Assembly (NCBI GenBank): GCA_017534945.1
Contig: JAFXVB010000026.1
Coordinates: 65,034-129,033 of the forward strand
Source: Alphaproteobacteria bacterium
GTDB lineage: Bacteria; Pseudomonadota; Alphaproteobacteria; Rs-D84
Direction: 5' to 3'
DNA length: 64,000 bases
The notes beneath the pieces are model-generated. The model was not told the DNA's origin. It made no database searches and saw only the letters and a program-made list of their open reading frames with translations. The translations under genes were made by a program, and so were the position numbers. The stretch's first letter is position 1; each line of letters starts with the position of its first letter. This document shows positions 39,216 through 50,093 of this stretch, piece after piece.

Positions 39216-40838
39216 TTAATATTCCCTTGGTCTGTCTAAAAAACCGACCCAACGTTCTAATTCATCAACACCGATAATACCTTTTAACATCAATTCCGCC
39301 GCGGACTCTTTTAATGTTCGACCATCCATTTCTTCCAACCAATACTTTGTTGCCAAATCTGTATTCCCAGAAAGTGCAAGACGCAAAAACTCACTGTTTG
39401 TAATAATAATTTCACCGGCCTTTATACGTCCCATTGTTCCCGACCCATTACACTCACTACATCCGGTTCCTTTGATAAAAGTTTGTTTTAATCCAATTTC
39501 ACCAAACGCATCTTTGACACGTGTATATGCGGGATGTTCTGGATGATTTTCCAAAGGTTCACGACAATGTGGACATAACTTTTTAAACAAACGCATTGAT
39601 ACAAGTCCACGCATCAATGTTTCTTCTTTTAACTTAAAACTTTCCACCCCCATATCCAACAAACGGGTCAATGCCGCCATCGCAGAATTCGCATGCAAAG
39701 TCGTCCAAACATTATGTCCCGACAAAGCACCACGCACCGTTAATTGTGCCGCCGCCAAAGTCCGGATTTCACCAACCATCAATGTATCAGGGTCGCTGCG
39801 CAATGCCGCCGCCAATGCTTCTGTATATTTTTCATCGCGTTGTTCTTCGTTCATTGCATTTACAACCGGCATTTGATGTGCGCCAAATATTTTTTGTTCA
39901 ACCGGATTTTCAACCGTAATCATATTTATTTCATAATTTCGTTCTTTTAACATCAACGACATATTCCGCACCAAAGTCGTTGATTTACCGGACGAAGTCG
40001 GTCCCGCAACCAACACCAATCCCGTTGGATAAGACCGCAACCGCGCCATCAATTTTTGTTCATATTCACCAAATTCTTGTTCTGTTTTAATACCTTCGGA
40101 TGGATTATCATACAACAAACGCATAACAACATATCGCGTTCCATATGCAATAGGGTTAAATTGCATACGAATACTGGTGACACCTTCGGGCAAATATAAA
40201 TCTTTGGTTCCACGCAGTGGTGTTCGTCCATCTTTTTGTGCAGATTGATATTCATTTTGTGCATAATTTGAATTTGAAATATCCGCCGAAGCAAACGCGG
40301 CACGCACAAAAGATTCGCCCCACGCCGAATTATATTCCAATACGGGTTGCATACTGCCATCTATACGGAAATAGATTGTTGTTTGGTCGGCAACTTCTAT
40401 ATGTACATCCGACACTTTTTGCACTGCGGCCTTGGCAATAATATCGACAAAATCTTTCTGCATTTGGTTATCATAATCGGCACGCGAATGATTATTACCA
40501 CCCAATCTTTCTTCGTATGTTTTATATATTGCCGACACCAAACCTAAATCAGAATAAAATGGTACACGCATTGGCATATTGCGTTCACGCAACAAATCAA
40601 GGAAAGCCAACACACGCCCATCATATTTATGTGTTCGTGAAATAATGATTTCACCACCAGTAAAATAAGCAATCAAACTTTGAACATCGCGCGACAATTG
40701 CATTTGCGCACCGGTTGCCGTCAACAAACGATTACCGTTTGAATACAAGTAATCAAGTATTTCTTTTATTTCGGCATGTTCCATACCGACCGGTATTGAC
40801 GGTTTATTATTCAATAAATCTTTTGTTTCTTTGCTCAT
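39216..40838 (-). CDS. GspE/PilB-family secretion ATPase
   Basis: Walker A VAGPTSSGKSTTL, Asp box DPDTLMVGEIR, His box WTTLHANSA, and the tetracysteine CPHC...CSECNGSG. Confidence 0.85.
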   Translation of the reverse strand: MSKETKDLLNNKPSIPVGMEHAEIKEILDYLYSNGNRLLTATGAQMQLSRDVQSLIAYFTGGEIIISRTHKYDGRVLAFLDLLRERNMPMRVPFYSDLGLVSAIYKTYEERLGGNNHSRADYDNQMQKDFVDIIAKAAVQKVSDVHIEVADQTTIYFRIDGSMQPVLEYNSAWGESFVRAAFASADISNSNYAQNEYQSAQKDGRTPLRGTKDLYLPEGVTSIRMQFNPIAYGTRYVVMRLLYDNPSEGIKTEQEFGEYEQKLMARLRSYPTGLVLVAGPTSSGKSTTLVRNMSLMLKERNYEINMITVENPVEQKIFGAHQMPVVNAMNEEQRDEKYTEALAAALRSDPDTLMVGEIRTLAAAQLTVRGALSGHNVWTTLHANSAMAALTRLLDMGVESFKLKEETLMRGLVSMRLFKKLCPHCREPLENHPEHPAYTRVKDAFGEIGLKQTFIKGTGCSECNGSGTMGRIKAGEIIITNSEFLRLALSGNTDLATKYWLEEMDGRTLKESAAELMLKGIIGVDELERWVGFLDRPREY

Positions 40839-40842
40839 TTTT

Positions 40843-41568
40843 TTACCGACTGGATATATTCAAATTTTGTGTTTCACCATCTTTGGTAAATACAACACCA
40901 TCTTCCAAAGATATAGATTTAACTGTAAATCCATTTATCTTTTTACCAACACTTACGCGTTTGGTTTGACCTGTTTCTAAATCAGAAAGCGTTGCCTGTA
41001 ATTGATTACCGGCCCCCATAACATTTACCAATTTATACATTGTTGAAATATCTTCTTCCAATTCTTCAGTTGGCTGTTTTTTTGGCGCAGTTTTTTTCTT
41101 TGATTGCCCAGAAACCGAATTCGACACACTATCCGTTGTTGCGACATCTGCCGCGGCGGCGGCTGCTGCCAAAGCGCGTTTTTCATTTTCAATTCTTGCG
41201 GCTTCGGCTTCTAACTTTGACTTTTCATTTTGCAAAATTTGTTGTTCTTGTTCTGCGCGTCCCGACAGTGTATCCATTTCCATTTGCAATTTAATTTTTT
41301 CCGCCGCCAATCTGTCTAAATCCAAATCCAATTGTGCGCGCTCTTTTTCCAATTCCATTAAAACTTTTTCTTGCTCTAAATCTGTAATTTGTTGAAACAA
41401 AGAACCGTTCACATCATAATCTGCAACCGAACCCACAACCACATCACCACCATCATCGGTAATAACAATTTCTTCTTCGTCAAATTCTTCATCAACCGCA
41501 TACGCCGGCATCGCGCATAACGCAAATACAGCAATCAACAAACCAAATAATTCATTTTTATTTTGCAT
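40843..41568 (-). CDS. secreted coiled-coil protein with a PilP/GspC-like C-terminal beta domain
   Basis: Signal peptide ...CAMPAYA, a long coiled coil, and the C terminus YKLVNVMGAGNQLQATLSDLETGQTKRVSVGKKINGFTVKSISLEDGVVF. Confidence 0.4.
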   Translation of the reverse strand: MQNKNELFGLLIAVFALCAMPAYAVDEEFDEEEIVITDDGGDVVVGSVADYDVNGSLFQQITDLEQEKVLMELEKERAQLDLDLDRLAAEKIKLQMEMDTLSGRAEQEQQILQNEKSKLEAEAARIENEKRALAAAAAAADVATTDSVSNSVSGQSKKKTAPKKQPTEELEEDISTMYKLVNVMGAGNQLQATLSDLETGQTKRVSVGKKINGFTVKSISLEDGVVFTKDGETQNLNISSR

Positions 41569-42925
41569 AGATTATAACCTCATAGTTCCAATTTCTTGCG
41601 ATGGCGTTCCACACACAACGTGTCATATAGAATCCACCGAAATCTTCAAACATTTTTGTAAATTGCATCGGCATCATTTTCGAAGTCGTTGCAAATTCAA
41701 CAATGTTTAATTTTGCAGTATCAACACCATTGGTAAGTGTATCAACAACAATTTCCGTCTTTACATCTGTGTGCAAAGTTTGAAATAAACTAACGATATT
41801 GCGTTCAACGGTCTCTGCATCGCGTTCATCTTGACTGGATTCAACTGCGACCTCTGGCAAATCAACACTTACACTCAAAGTATTGTCATCAATTTCGATA
41901 ATCGTTGCCCCAGGTAAAAAATCCGCTGCAATCGTATAAAATTCGTCCAAAGTCCCATATTTTCTGTTAAATTCAGCCGTTGCATTTTTTTCACCGCAAA
42001 TAACTTTGGATTGAACCCAACCTGTAACCGGTTGCATTAAAAATCCAATTGCCTGATAACATTGTTTTGCACGCGCACCCGGCACAGGCAAAGAAGAATA
42101 TGGAATAACCAACGGTTTAATTTCTTGTTTTACGATTTCAAATTCGGCATCTAATTCTTTACTTTTTTCTTCGATTTGGCGTTTATATTCCGCCGCCAAT
42201 TCTGGGTCAATTTGAACCGGCTTTACCGCACGCATTTTATCAATCGGTTCACGAAAGAATAAATAAACACATGCAAAAAACGCCAACAACAAAATAAAAG
42301 ATAAAATTCGCGACTTCCATAAATTTATTGCACGCAATTTATACTTTGCCTTGCGCGGTAATAAAGTATTTAAATCACGCGCCGATGCACGCGGCACCCC
42401 CCAAGAATTTGGCGCAATAAACGCGGTCCAATCCGGGATTTTTGAAAACTTTGCATATTCTGCACGCGCATCGGCTTCATTATTAAATAATTTATCAGCC
42501 AAAATAATTCCGTTACGCACTGCAACCAAATAATATTTTTTATCAATTTCAAAAACAGCCAAAAAAGAAGAATATTCACTTAATGCATCGACAATTTCCG
42601 CCGCCGCCGATGGCATACCGGCAATATAACCTTTGTGCCGCGACGCCAATCCAATCATAGACCGATATTCAACATATAAATTCGCTTTTCCTTTGGAATT
42701 ATGTGCCAAAGTATATGCGTATTTTCGCGGCGCATAACCCACCGCCACAGGTTGCCAAAACAACCCAGCCGCAAATCGTTTTTTATTCACGTGCAACAAT
42801 TCACTCAAAGTATTGTCGCCAATCCTGAATATTTTATTAAAAACGAAACTGAAAAAAGCACCAATAACTGTGTCTAACAATTTATTTACTCTCTCCTGTC
42901 TTATAATTATACCAAAAAACAACAA
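41558..42925 (-). CDS. bitopic assembly protein (GspL / BfpC / type IVb PilO-like by topology and position)
   Basis: About 210 aa cytoplasmic, one TM (ILSFILLLAFFACVYLFF), about 220 aa periplasmic. It overlaps the next gene by 11 nt. Confidence 0.35.
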   Translation of the reverse strand: MLFFGIIIRQERVNKLLDTVIGAFFSFVFNKIFRIGDNTLSELLHVNKKRFAAGLFWQPVAVGYAPRKYAYTLAHNSKGKANLYVEYRSMIGLASRHKGYIAGMPSAAAEIVDALSEYSSFLAVFEIDKKYYLVAVRNGIILADKLFNNEADARAEYAKFSKIPDWTAFIAPNSWGVPRASARDLNTLLPRKAKYKLRAINLWKSRILSFILLLAFFACVYLFFREPIDKMRAVKPVQIDPELAAEYKRQIEEKSKELDAEFEIVKQEIKPLVIPYSSLPVPGARAKQCYQAIGFLMQPVTGWVQSKVICGEKNATAEFNRKYGTLDEFYTIAADFLPGATIIEIDDNTLSVSVDLPEVAVESSQDERDAETVERNIVSLFQTLHTDVKTEIVVDTLTNGVDTAKLNIVEFATTSKMMPMQFTKMFEDFGGFYMTRCVWNAIARNWNYEVIIYAK

Positions 42926-42959
42926 GCCTTGGCAAACATATAATCACACAAAATGATTA

Positions 42960-43283
42960 TTATTTGGCACAATCATAAACACGCGCAGTCATCAAATATT
43001 TATATTCTGGCCCAAACATAACCCAAGTATTTTGAACTGTTTCATCGCGTTCCAACCAAAACACATTACCGGTTTTATTTTGTTCTGCGATACGATTTTT
43101 CAAATATTGAATTGCGTCATCATGGGAATACACAGACGCTTCTGCATCTAACTTATACAAATAAGTGCAATTTGATGGCGCAGATTTCACCATCATCAAA
43201 CTATCACTATTATTTTCTGGTTTAATTGCATGCGTACACGCCGCCAAAGCACCAACCGCACAAATTAAAAATATTTTTTTCAT
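42960..43283 (-). CDS. small lipoprotein
   Basis: Lipobox GALAAC after MKKIFLICAV, and a conserved C-terminal Cys (VYDCAK). Confidence 0.5.
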   Translation of the reverse strand: MKKIFLICAVGALAACTHAIKPENNSDSLMMVKSAPSNCTYLYKLDAEASVYSHDDAIQYLKNRIAEQNKTGNVFWLERDETVQNTWVMFGPEYKYLMTARVYDCAK

Positions 43284-43337
43284 TTTTTCCTCCTTGTCCC
43301 ACAAAGCCTTGGCGAAGTGGGATTCCTTTTTAATTGG

Positions 43338-44276
43338 TTATTTATCAACGATTTCATAATTTTTTGGGTCGCTGAATAATTTTCGCAACACCAGATTATT
43401 CAAAGCATGACTTCCCTTGTACGACACCAAATCCCCCATAACAAAACCACCGGCGGTGAACATATCGCCCAACGCATCGATTACTTTGTGCCGCACAAAT
43501 TCATCTGGCCAATACAGGTTATTTAACACGCCATCACCCGCCGCATTTAACGCGATAACATTATGTTCATTTGCACCGCGTCCCATACCATGTTTTTTAA
43601 GGTATTCCCACTCTGAAATTTTTCCAAATGTCCGCGCGCGCGCAACATCACGCAAAAATTTATCACGCGATTTTTTTGTCCCATCAAAAGAATAAACAAA
43701 AGATTGTTCGCCTATTATTTTTTCTGGATAAACCAAAGTCGCAATAATATTTAATGCATGTCCACCATTTGGCGACAACCGCACAAAACCGTCTGTCTTT
43801 CGACCTGCCAATTTATTTATAATCCAAAATTTCAACTTTTCGAACATTGGGATATTTTTCTTAGCCTCGGCCGATTTCACAATAACTTCGCGTTTAACAA
43901 TAATGCGTTTTGGACTTAAACCAACGACACCAATGGATAAAAATTTTTCCATAAAATTATATGCACTGCCATCTAATATAGGTGTCTCGGGTCCATCGAT
44001 TTCTATTATCGCACTGTCAACACCAACCATCATCAATGCCGCCATCAAATGTTCAATTGTTTGCACATACCCAGAATCCATTTTACCAATGGTGGTATTA
44101 CGCATTTTTGTTTCGCCGACATTATCATATGTTGCGGGTATATCGAACTTTTTATCAATATCCACACGATGAAAAACTATACCTTTGGCCTTGCTTGGTT
44201 TAATAACCATTTTAACTGGTGTACCACTATGAATACCGACACCACTTATTTCAAATTTCTTTTTAAATGTTGCCAT
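43338..44276 (-). CDS. lpxC: UDP-3-O-acyl-N-acetylglucosamine deacetylase
   Basis: SGVGIHSG, TIEHLMAAL and a HKVIDALGD-like motif. Confidence 0.9.
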   Translation of the reverse strand: MATFKKKFEISGVGIHSGTPVKMVIKPSKAKGIVFHRVDIDKKFDIPATYDNVGETKMRNTTIGKMDSGYVQTIEHLMAALMMVGVDSAIIEIDGPETPILDGSAYNFMEKFLSIGVVGLSPKRIIVKREVIVKSAEAKKNIPMFEKLKFWIINKLAGRKTDGFVRLSPNGGHALNIIATLVYPEKIIGEQSFVYSFDGTKKSRDKFLRDVARARTFGKISEWEYLKKHGMGRGANEHNVIALNAAGDGVLNNLYWPDEFVRHKVIDALGDMFTAGGFVMGDLVSYKGSHALNNLVLRKLFSDPKNYEIVDK

Positions 44277-45177
44277 CTAAACTCTCCTTTAACCAAGCAA
44301 AGAATTTCTTTTCAATTTTCATTTCCAACTTTGCATATTTAATTTCATCACGAACATCATTTGGCAAACGCACCCAATCTTTTTCAGTTGTCAATAATTT
44401 CGCATTATATTTTGTCGCCAATCCTAAAAGTCTTTTTATATCTGCATCTGTATATTGATAATGATCCGCAAAAGATATTTTTTTAACAACATTTTTCAAT
44501 CGCCGGAAAAATTTTTCTGGATATCCAATTCCCGCAAAAGCAACAATTCGCACATCATCATCGTATGGCGATATAGTCGCGCTTTCCGCATAAAACACAG
44601 GGATATTTTCTGGGATTTTTAAATCTGTTTTCTTTGATTTATCTGCACGAATAATAATCACCGCATCGGCGCGTGATATTGCATTTAACTTTTCACGTTT
44701 TGGACCCGCCGGCAACAAAAATCCATTTCCAAAACCAAAAGATTCGTCCACAACAATGATTGATACATCTTTTTTAATACTTGGATTTTGAAATCCATCA
44801 TCCATAACAATTGGTGTATTTGAATCTTGCTTGTTCAATAAAATGATATTGCTGTATCGTGAACCAGTATGCACATTTAAACCATACCGCGACAGCATCA
44901 TTGCCTCATCACCAACGCCGCCTGTTTTTTGTGATTTTTTATATCCACGCATAACCACCGGCGCATCTAAAAATTCAGCAATTTGACGCACAATCGGTGT
45001 TTTACCAACACCGCCCGCCAAAATATTTCCAACACAGATTATTTTTCGACGCGATTTTAACGGTTTCCGCGCACGCAAACGAAAAACCGCGCGTGATACC
45101 CATAAATAAAATACAGACAAAGGCAATAATATCAACGCAATCAAACCTTTGCGTAAAAACCATTTTGGTGTTTTCAT
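44263..45177 (-). CDS. lpxK: tetraacyldisaccharide 4'-kinase
   Basis: GNILAGGVGKTPIV P-loop; 304 aa; overlaps lpxC. Confidence 0.85.
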   Translation of the reverse strand: MKTPKWFLRKGLIALILLPLSVFYLWVSRAVFRLRARKPLKSRRKIICVGNILAGGVGKTPIVRQIAEFLDAPVVMRGYKKSQKTGGVGDEAMMLSRYGLNVHTGSRYSNIILLNKQDSNTPIVMDDGFQNPSIKKDVSIIVVDESFGFGNGFLLPAGPKREKLNAISRADAVIIIRADKSKKTDLKIPENIPVFYAESATISPYDDDVRIVAFAGIGYPEKFFRRLKNVVKKISFADHYQYTDADIKRLLGLATKYNAKLLTTEKDWVRLPNDVRDEIKYAKLEMKIEKKFFAWLKESLDGNI

Positions 45178-45962
45178 TACTTTTTTTCCTTTGCTAATTT
45201 TTCTAACTTTTTAGCCTCGCGCATTTTATGTTTAAACTCACTGGCGGTTAAATCAGCTTCTACCTGCATTAAATTAAAAATTTTATCTAAATCGCGCATT
45301 TGCTTCACACAGATTTTTTCAATTTTCTGGCGTTCTTGTTCAAATGCCGGTGTTTTAATCTTAGATTTCACAAAAATCGGTTCGCCCACATCCATAATAT
45401 TTTTAGAAAAAGGAAGTGCTATCAAATACCTATCCCAACGCGTTTGAAACCAAGATTTAGACGATGCAAAGCACACCGGAATAATTGGCGCATTTGCCAT
45501 CTTGGCAAAAAACATTGCACCATCTTGCAACCGCAATGACGGACCACTGGGGCCGTCTGGACACATAACAATACAACGTTTTTCTTTATTTAACACACGC
45601 ACCCCTTGACGCAATACAGAAACCGCACCATTTGATGTACTGCCATAAATTGCCTTGGCACCGAACATATGTTGAATTTTTGCCATAAGTCTCCCGTCTT
45701 TATTACGACTGGTGACGGCACAAGACCGAATACGATACAACGCCATAACAACCGATGGAATCATTGTTCGTCCATGCCAAACAACGAAAATTGCGGGTTT
45801 TTTCCGGTATTCTTTTAACACTTTTTTATTACGCACATGTGTACAACATGTTGCAAAAATCAACCACATAATAATAGATACCGGCACAGCAAAAATCCAC
45901 TGTACAATGTCTAAGCCTAAAAAGGGGTCTAAAACAAATTTTCTAAACTTACTTCTTGCCAT
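45177..45962 (-). CDS. DUF374-type lysophospholipid acyltransferase-like protein
   Basis: VVWHGR and CPDGPSGP motifs, positioned upstream of lpxK as in many alphaproteobacteria. I placed the start at MARSKF. Confidence 0.55.
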   Translation of the reverse strand: MARSKFRKFVLDPFLGLDIVQWIFAVPVSIIMWLIFATCCTHVRNKKVLKEYRKKPAIFVVWHGRTMIPSVVMALYRIRSCAVTSRNKDGRLMAKIQHMFGAKAIYGSTSNGAVSVLRQGVRVLNKEKRCIVMCPDGPSGPSLRLQDGAMFFAKMANAPIIPVCFASSKSWFQTRWDRYLIALPFSKNIMDVGEPIFVKSKIKTPAFEQERQKIEKICVKQMRDLDKIFNLMQVEADLTASEFKHKMREAKKLEKLAKEKK

Positions 45963-46131
45963 ATAAATCACCACATATAATACTTGGGAAATCATAGCAA
46001 CAATAAAAAAACAATGCAAGAGCCAAAGGTGAACATCGTGCTAACTTTCGGTTTTAACACAAATTTTTTGAAAAAAATATGATTTTTAATTGACATCGCT
46101 TGAATTTAATATATAATAACCCCTATCACAT

Positions 46132-46208
<77 letters not shown>

Positions 46209-46392
46209 GTTTAATAATAAAAATGCCCCAAATGGGGTATTTTTATTATTAAATTTATTCTGGGATTTGAACCAACGAAGAAGTTGGTTCACCACAAGGA
46301 TTAGGCGGGTGGAAACACGCCGGTTTGCGATAGCAAAAATCCGCAGTTGCCGCGAAAATTTCATTTTCGCGAATTCCATCTCCCGCAATTAA

Positions 46393-47058
46393 TTATTTTT
46401 TCTTTGATTTAAAATATCTTTCAAATGCATCGTTTACTTTATTTTCGATGCATTTTTTAATTTTTTCGTCTTCGGTTCCGTCTAAAATTGACGCATCGTT
46501 TTCTTGTTGTTTTTTGAATTTTTCGACTAAATTTTTCAATCGCACATCATCAACAATTTTATTTTGAATTGTTTCAAACGCGATTGGCACATTATCAACA
46601 TTTTCAACATATATCGGCATAATATCATTTGAAATGTTATGCAAAGCCACATCAACATCTTGGAACACAGAATCCAATGCTTTACGCGAATCTGCGATAT
46701 GGTGATTTTCATGTTCTAAAATTGCATTATATTCACAAGAATCCTTTTTGTATTTTTTATCTATGACAACTTCGAAATCTTTGAAACCGATTTTTGCATC
46801 CACAGAATCTAAAAAAACACAATAATATTTACCATTAAAAACATAACTTATTTTTGGTGCAAAAGAACCGAAAGGCATAACATTAACATAACCACCTTTT
46901 GGCCATAAATCATCATTTGACGATTGAATTTTAACACCACCATTTTCGCGTAAAACATTAACATCTGGAATTTTTTTATATTGATTACACAAATCATCGG
47001 CCGCATATAAATCAGCGCAAAACAAACAACACAAACCAAACAATAATTTTTTAACCAT
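46393..47058 (-). CDS. secreted HExxH-motif protein (paralog 2), putative zinc metallopeptidase-like
   Basis: Signal peptide; CEYNAILEHENHHIADS. It shares the architecture of the upstream paralog and overlaps it by 8 nt. Confidence 0.45.
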   Translation of the reverse strand: MVKKLLFGLCCLFCADLYAADDLCNQYKKIPDVNVLRENGGVKIQSSNDDLWPKGGYVNVMPFGSFAPKISYVFNGKYYCVFLDSVDAKIGFKDFEVVIDKKYKKDSCEYNAILEHENHHIADSRKALDSVFQDVDVALHNISNDIMPIYVENVDNVPIAFETIQNKIVDDVRLKNLVEKFKKQQENDASILDGTEDEKIKKCIENKVNDAFERYFKSKKK

Positions 47059-47677
47059 TACACTTTAACAATTCTTCATATTGTTTATTTTCATCATCAA
47101 CCTTGGCATTTCTTAATTCTTCTTCGGCGGAAATTTTTTGTTTTACCAAAATCATATCTGGGTGTGTTTGTAATTTATTATTTAAATCATCAATTGCATC
47201 GGCAATATCTTCTTCATTTTTAACAAATATAGGAATAATAGAATTTGCTGCCGAATATACAGATTTTTTCAAGTCATTTTGAAAATCATCAATCACAGAT
47301 AAATACGCCGTAATATGTTCACCTTCGTGCGCCAAAACCGCCTTGTATGAACAAGAATCCAATTTATGACGCATATCAACTTTTACCAAAAAATCACTAT
47401 ATCCAATTGTTGCATTTATATCTTTGATACCGACACAAAAACCCTCATTATCTGGTAATTCATCAATATTAACAACGATATTATATTCATCAACCAAAGT
47501 CGCGACAACATTACCATGATATAAATCCATCATCTGCAAAGGTTGACCAACTTTTTTAACCCAATTTGGTTTTTCTATTCTTACCAAAGGACGAATTTTA
47601 TAGGCGACACATTTATCTTCGGCAAAAGCATTTGCAGAAACAATCAAAGATAATAAAAATGTAAAAATTTTATACAT
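47051..47677 (-). CDS. secreted HExxH-motif protein (paralog 1), putative zinc metallopeptidase-like
   Basis: Signal peptide ...VSANAFA; CSYKAVLAHEGEHITAY. It overlaps the end of virB4 by 8 nt. Confidence 0.45.
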   Translation of the reverse strand: MYKIFTFLLSLIVSANAFAEDKCVAYKIRPLVRIEKPNWVKKVGQPLQMMDLYHGNVVATLVDEYNIVVNIDELPDNEGFCVGIKDINATIGYSDFLVKVDMRHKLDSCSYKAVLAHEGEHITAYLSVIDDFQNDLKKSVYSAANSIIPIFVKNEEDIADAIDDLNNKLQTHPDMILVKQKISAEEELRNAKVDDENKQYEELLKCNG

Positions 47678-50093
47678 TTTTCTTTAAATATTCCTCTACA
47701 AAACCACTCCCATACTTTTTATATAATTCTTCGGCTAATAAAACCGATGAACGCCCAGATTCAAACAATCGCAACAAACTTCCCAATCCACCAAGTTCAG
47801 TATTCAAAATCACAGATTCATTATTCACCGGCCGCGACAATAATACCGCGCGTTTCAGGTTTGGATATGCCTTTCCTTGGATAAACGCCATTTCCAATGG
47901 ATTCAATTTCCAATGTTCATAATCTGATATATCTGCGGCTGGATTACGGAAGAATAATATTGTTTGTGCCTGACCACGCACAACATCACCAATACCCAAT
48001 TTATCCAACACATTTGCGCGTTGAAAAGCCACCATATATGCCTGACGATTTTTACGACCTTCTTGTAATCCGGCAATAAAGTTATCGCGGAACATTTTGT
48101 TTTCAAGCATAGGTGCCGTTTCGTCAATCATAATCAATGACGGATTTCCGCCTGATACAGTTGTATTATTTATTCTGTGTAAAATATAAGATATAACCGC
48201 CGGCGCCAAAACCGGATCTTGCAAAATATCTGTAAAATCAAAAGTAGTAAGGCGCGATTGCAAATCCAAAGTATCTTCATTTTCATTGAACATATCGCCA
48301 TATTGCAAATCATCAACCCACTTTTTAAGTGCCGATCGCATTTCGCCATTTGAAGAAAAACAACTTTCCCATAAATTTGATAATTTTCTATCTTTTTCCG
48401 CCAAATAGTCGAAATTAACCGATACGGCACGCGCGATTTCATCCGCTGAATTTGCATCTGTTTGACCTGATATCATTGCCAACCAACGCCGCAAAAACGC
48501 ACGATTTGCAACTGTATCCGCCATTTTAAACGGATTTAAATGTGTTTCAAAAGATTGTTCTTCTGCATTTTTAGTTTTATCTTTACCCTGCATAGTTATA
48601 TATTTACCGCCAACCGCCAAAGTAAATATTTCCGCACCTTTATTTCTATCGAAAAAGAACGCTTTTAATTTTTGATGACGAAGTGCTTGGGCAATTAAAA
48701 AAGAATACAATGTTGTTTTACCACCACCTGTTGGACCAATTGTTAAACTGTGTCCTACTGCAACTGGCGCATCCGATACATGAAATTGAAATTGATATGG
48801 GGTACCTTGGGCGGTTGGGAATATAACCAATGGGCCGCGTCCCCAATCACTGTTTGTATGACCGCGTGGCACATAATCCATAGGAATCGAAATTGCGGCG
48901 GTTTTTGATAATAACTTAAAACTGCGTGGAAAAACATCAAATCCCGGTATCATAGAAAACCAAGAAACACGTGATGCAAATGTTTCAACAATCGGTGAAA
49001 CACCAAATGACGCAGATATTTTTTTAAATTCGCCAATATAATTTTCCAAATCTTCGGGTGTATCACCAAACAAAACAAACAAAGGATAATAATTCACCAA
49101 AGTTTGATTTCCAGAAACGTTTTCATCCATCACACTTTCGGCTTCATCTAATTGTTCCATTGTTGATTCTTCGGTTTTATCATCCATGGTTGATTGTGTT
49201 TGACGCAAAGCCATCGCAACATCGGCGGTTCCCATAATACGAAAACCGTTCATACAAATCATTTCGCATTGAATTGTTGAAATATTTATGAAAAATTCTT
49301 CATCCAGATAATCCGGTGCCATTTTAAAAGAAATCGCCGCTGCATATTTTTCCGCACCACCACTTTCATAACGAATAAAACCATCATTTAAAAAATCAAC
49401 ATCATCAACTGTCACTAAATCTGCGATATTTTTATCGGCATTTTTTGGTTCTGGTTTGGTAAGTGGCGACAAAATACGGCCAAAAAACCGCGCCATATTA
49501 TTTACATCATCATTTTTTAATAATGTTGGTTTATATGCAGAAAACATAGATTCAATATAATTACAATATTGATTTAATTTATCAATTGCATCACCACCAC
49601 TGACCGATATAACAATATAATAATTATTAGAAAAAATCTTTAATCCCTGATTTTTCCATTTATTATAAATCATCTGTAATGTTGGTTGATGAAATTCATA
49701 ATCCAGATTTTCATGAACCGCGTCACGCGTTGTAAAAAATCGCAAAACAACATTTGGGTCATGAATTTGATTAAATAAACTTGCCCTTAAATCTAAAAAT
49801 TTAGCGCGGGTTTGTTCATCTTGCATACTGGTTTGAATACCATCTAAATGATAAACACGAACAAAACCACCGTCTGTCAGTTCCAAAGTATTATCTTTTC
49901 TAACATTTTTAAATGGTAAATATGCAGAATAACGTAAATAACCAAATTTCGGGAAAATTTTTCGTGTTAATACCGGCATATATAACATCAAAACGATAAA
50001 AATAAACAAAACCACCATAACTAATATAGTAATAGTCATGGGAAATTCACCACTGCCTGCAAAATAATCAAAAAAATCAAAATTAATATTCAT
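47670..50093 (-). CDS. virB4: type IV secretion system ATPase VirB4/TrbE family
   Basis: 807 aa with an N-terminal TM, Walker A IGPTGGGKTT and Walker B-like LIMIDE. It lies directly after a VirB3-like gene. Confidence 0.8.
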   Translation of the reverse strand: MNINFDFFDYFAGSGEFPMTITILVMVVLFIFIVLMLYMPVLTRKIFPKFGYLRYSAYLPFKNVRKDNTLELTDGGFVRVYHLDGIQTSMQDEQTRAKFLDLRASLFNQIHDPNVVLRFFTTRDAVHENLDYEFHQPTLQMIYNKWKNQGLKIFSNNYYIVISVSGGDAIDKLNQYCNYIESMFSAYKPTLLKNDDVNNMARFFGRILSPLTKPEPKNADKNIADLVTVDDVDFLNDGFIRYESGGAEKYAAAISFKMAPDYLDEEFFINISTIQCEMICMNGFRIMGTADVAMALRQTQSTMDDKTEESTMEQLDEAESVMDENVSGNQTLVNYYPLFVLFGDTPEDLENYIGEFKKISASFGVSPIVETFASRVSWFSMIPGFDVFPRSFKLLSKTAAISIPMDYVPRGHTNSDWGRGPLVIFPTAQGTPYQFQFHVSDAPVAVGHSLTIGPTGGGKTTLYSFLIAQALRHQKLKAFFFDRNKGAEIFTLAVGGKYITMQGKDKTKNAEEQSFETHLNPFKMADTVANRAFLRRWLAMISGQTDANSADEIARAVSVNFDYLAEKDRKLSNLWESCFSSNGEMRSALKKWVDDLQYGDMFNENEDTLDLQSRLTTFDFTDILQDPVLAPAVISYILHRINNTTVSGGNPSLIMIDETAPMLENKMFRDNFIAGLQEGRKNRQAYMVAFQRANVLDKLGIGDVVRGQAQTILFFRNPAADISDYEHWKLNPLEMAFIQGKAYPNLKRAVLLSRPVNNESVILNTELGGLGSLLRLFESGRSSVLLAEELYKKYGSGFVEEYLKKNV

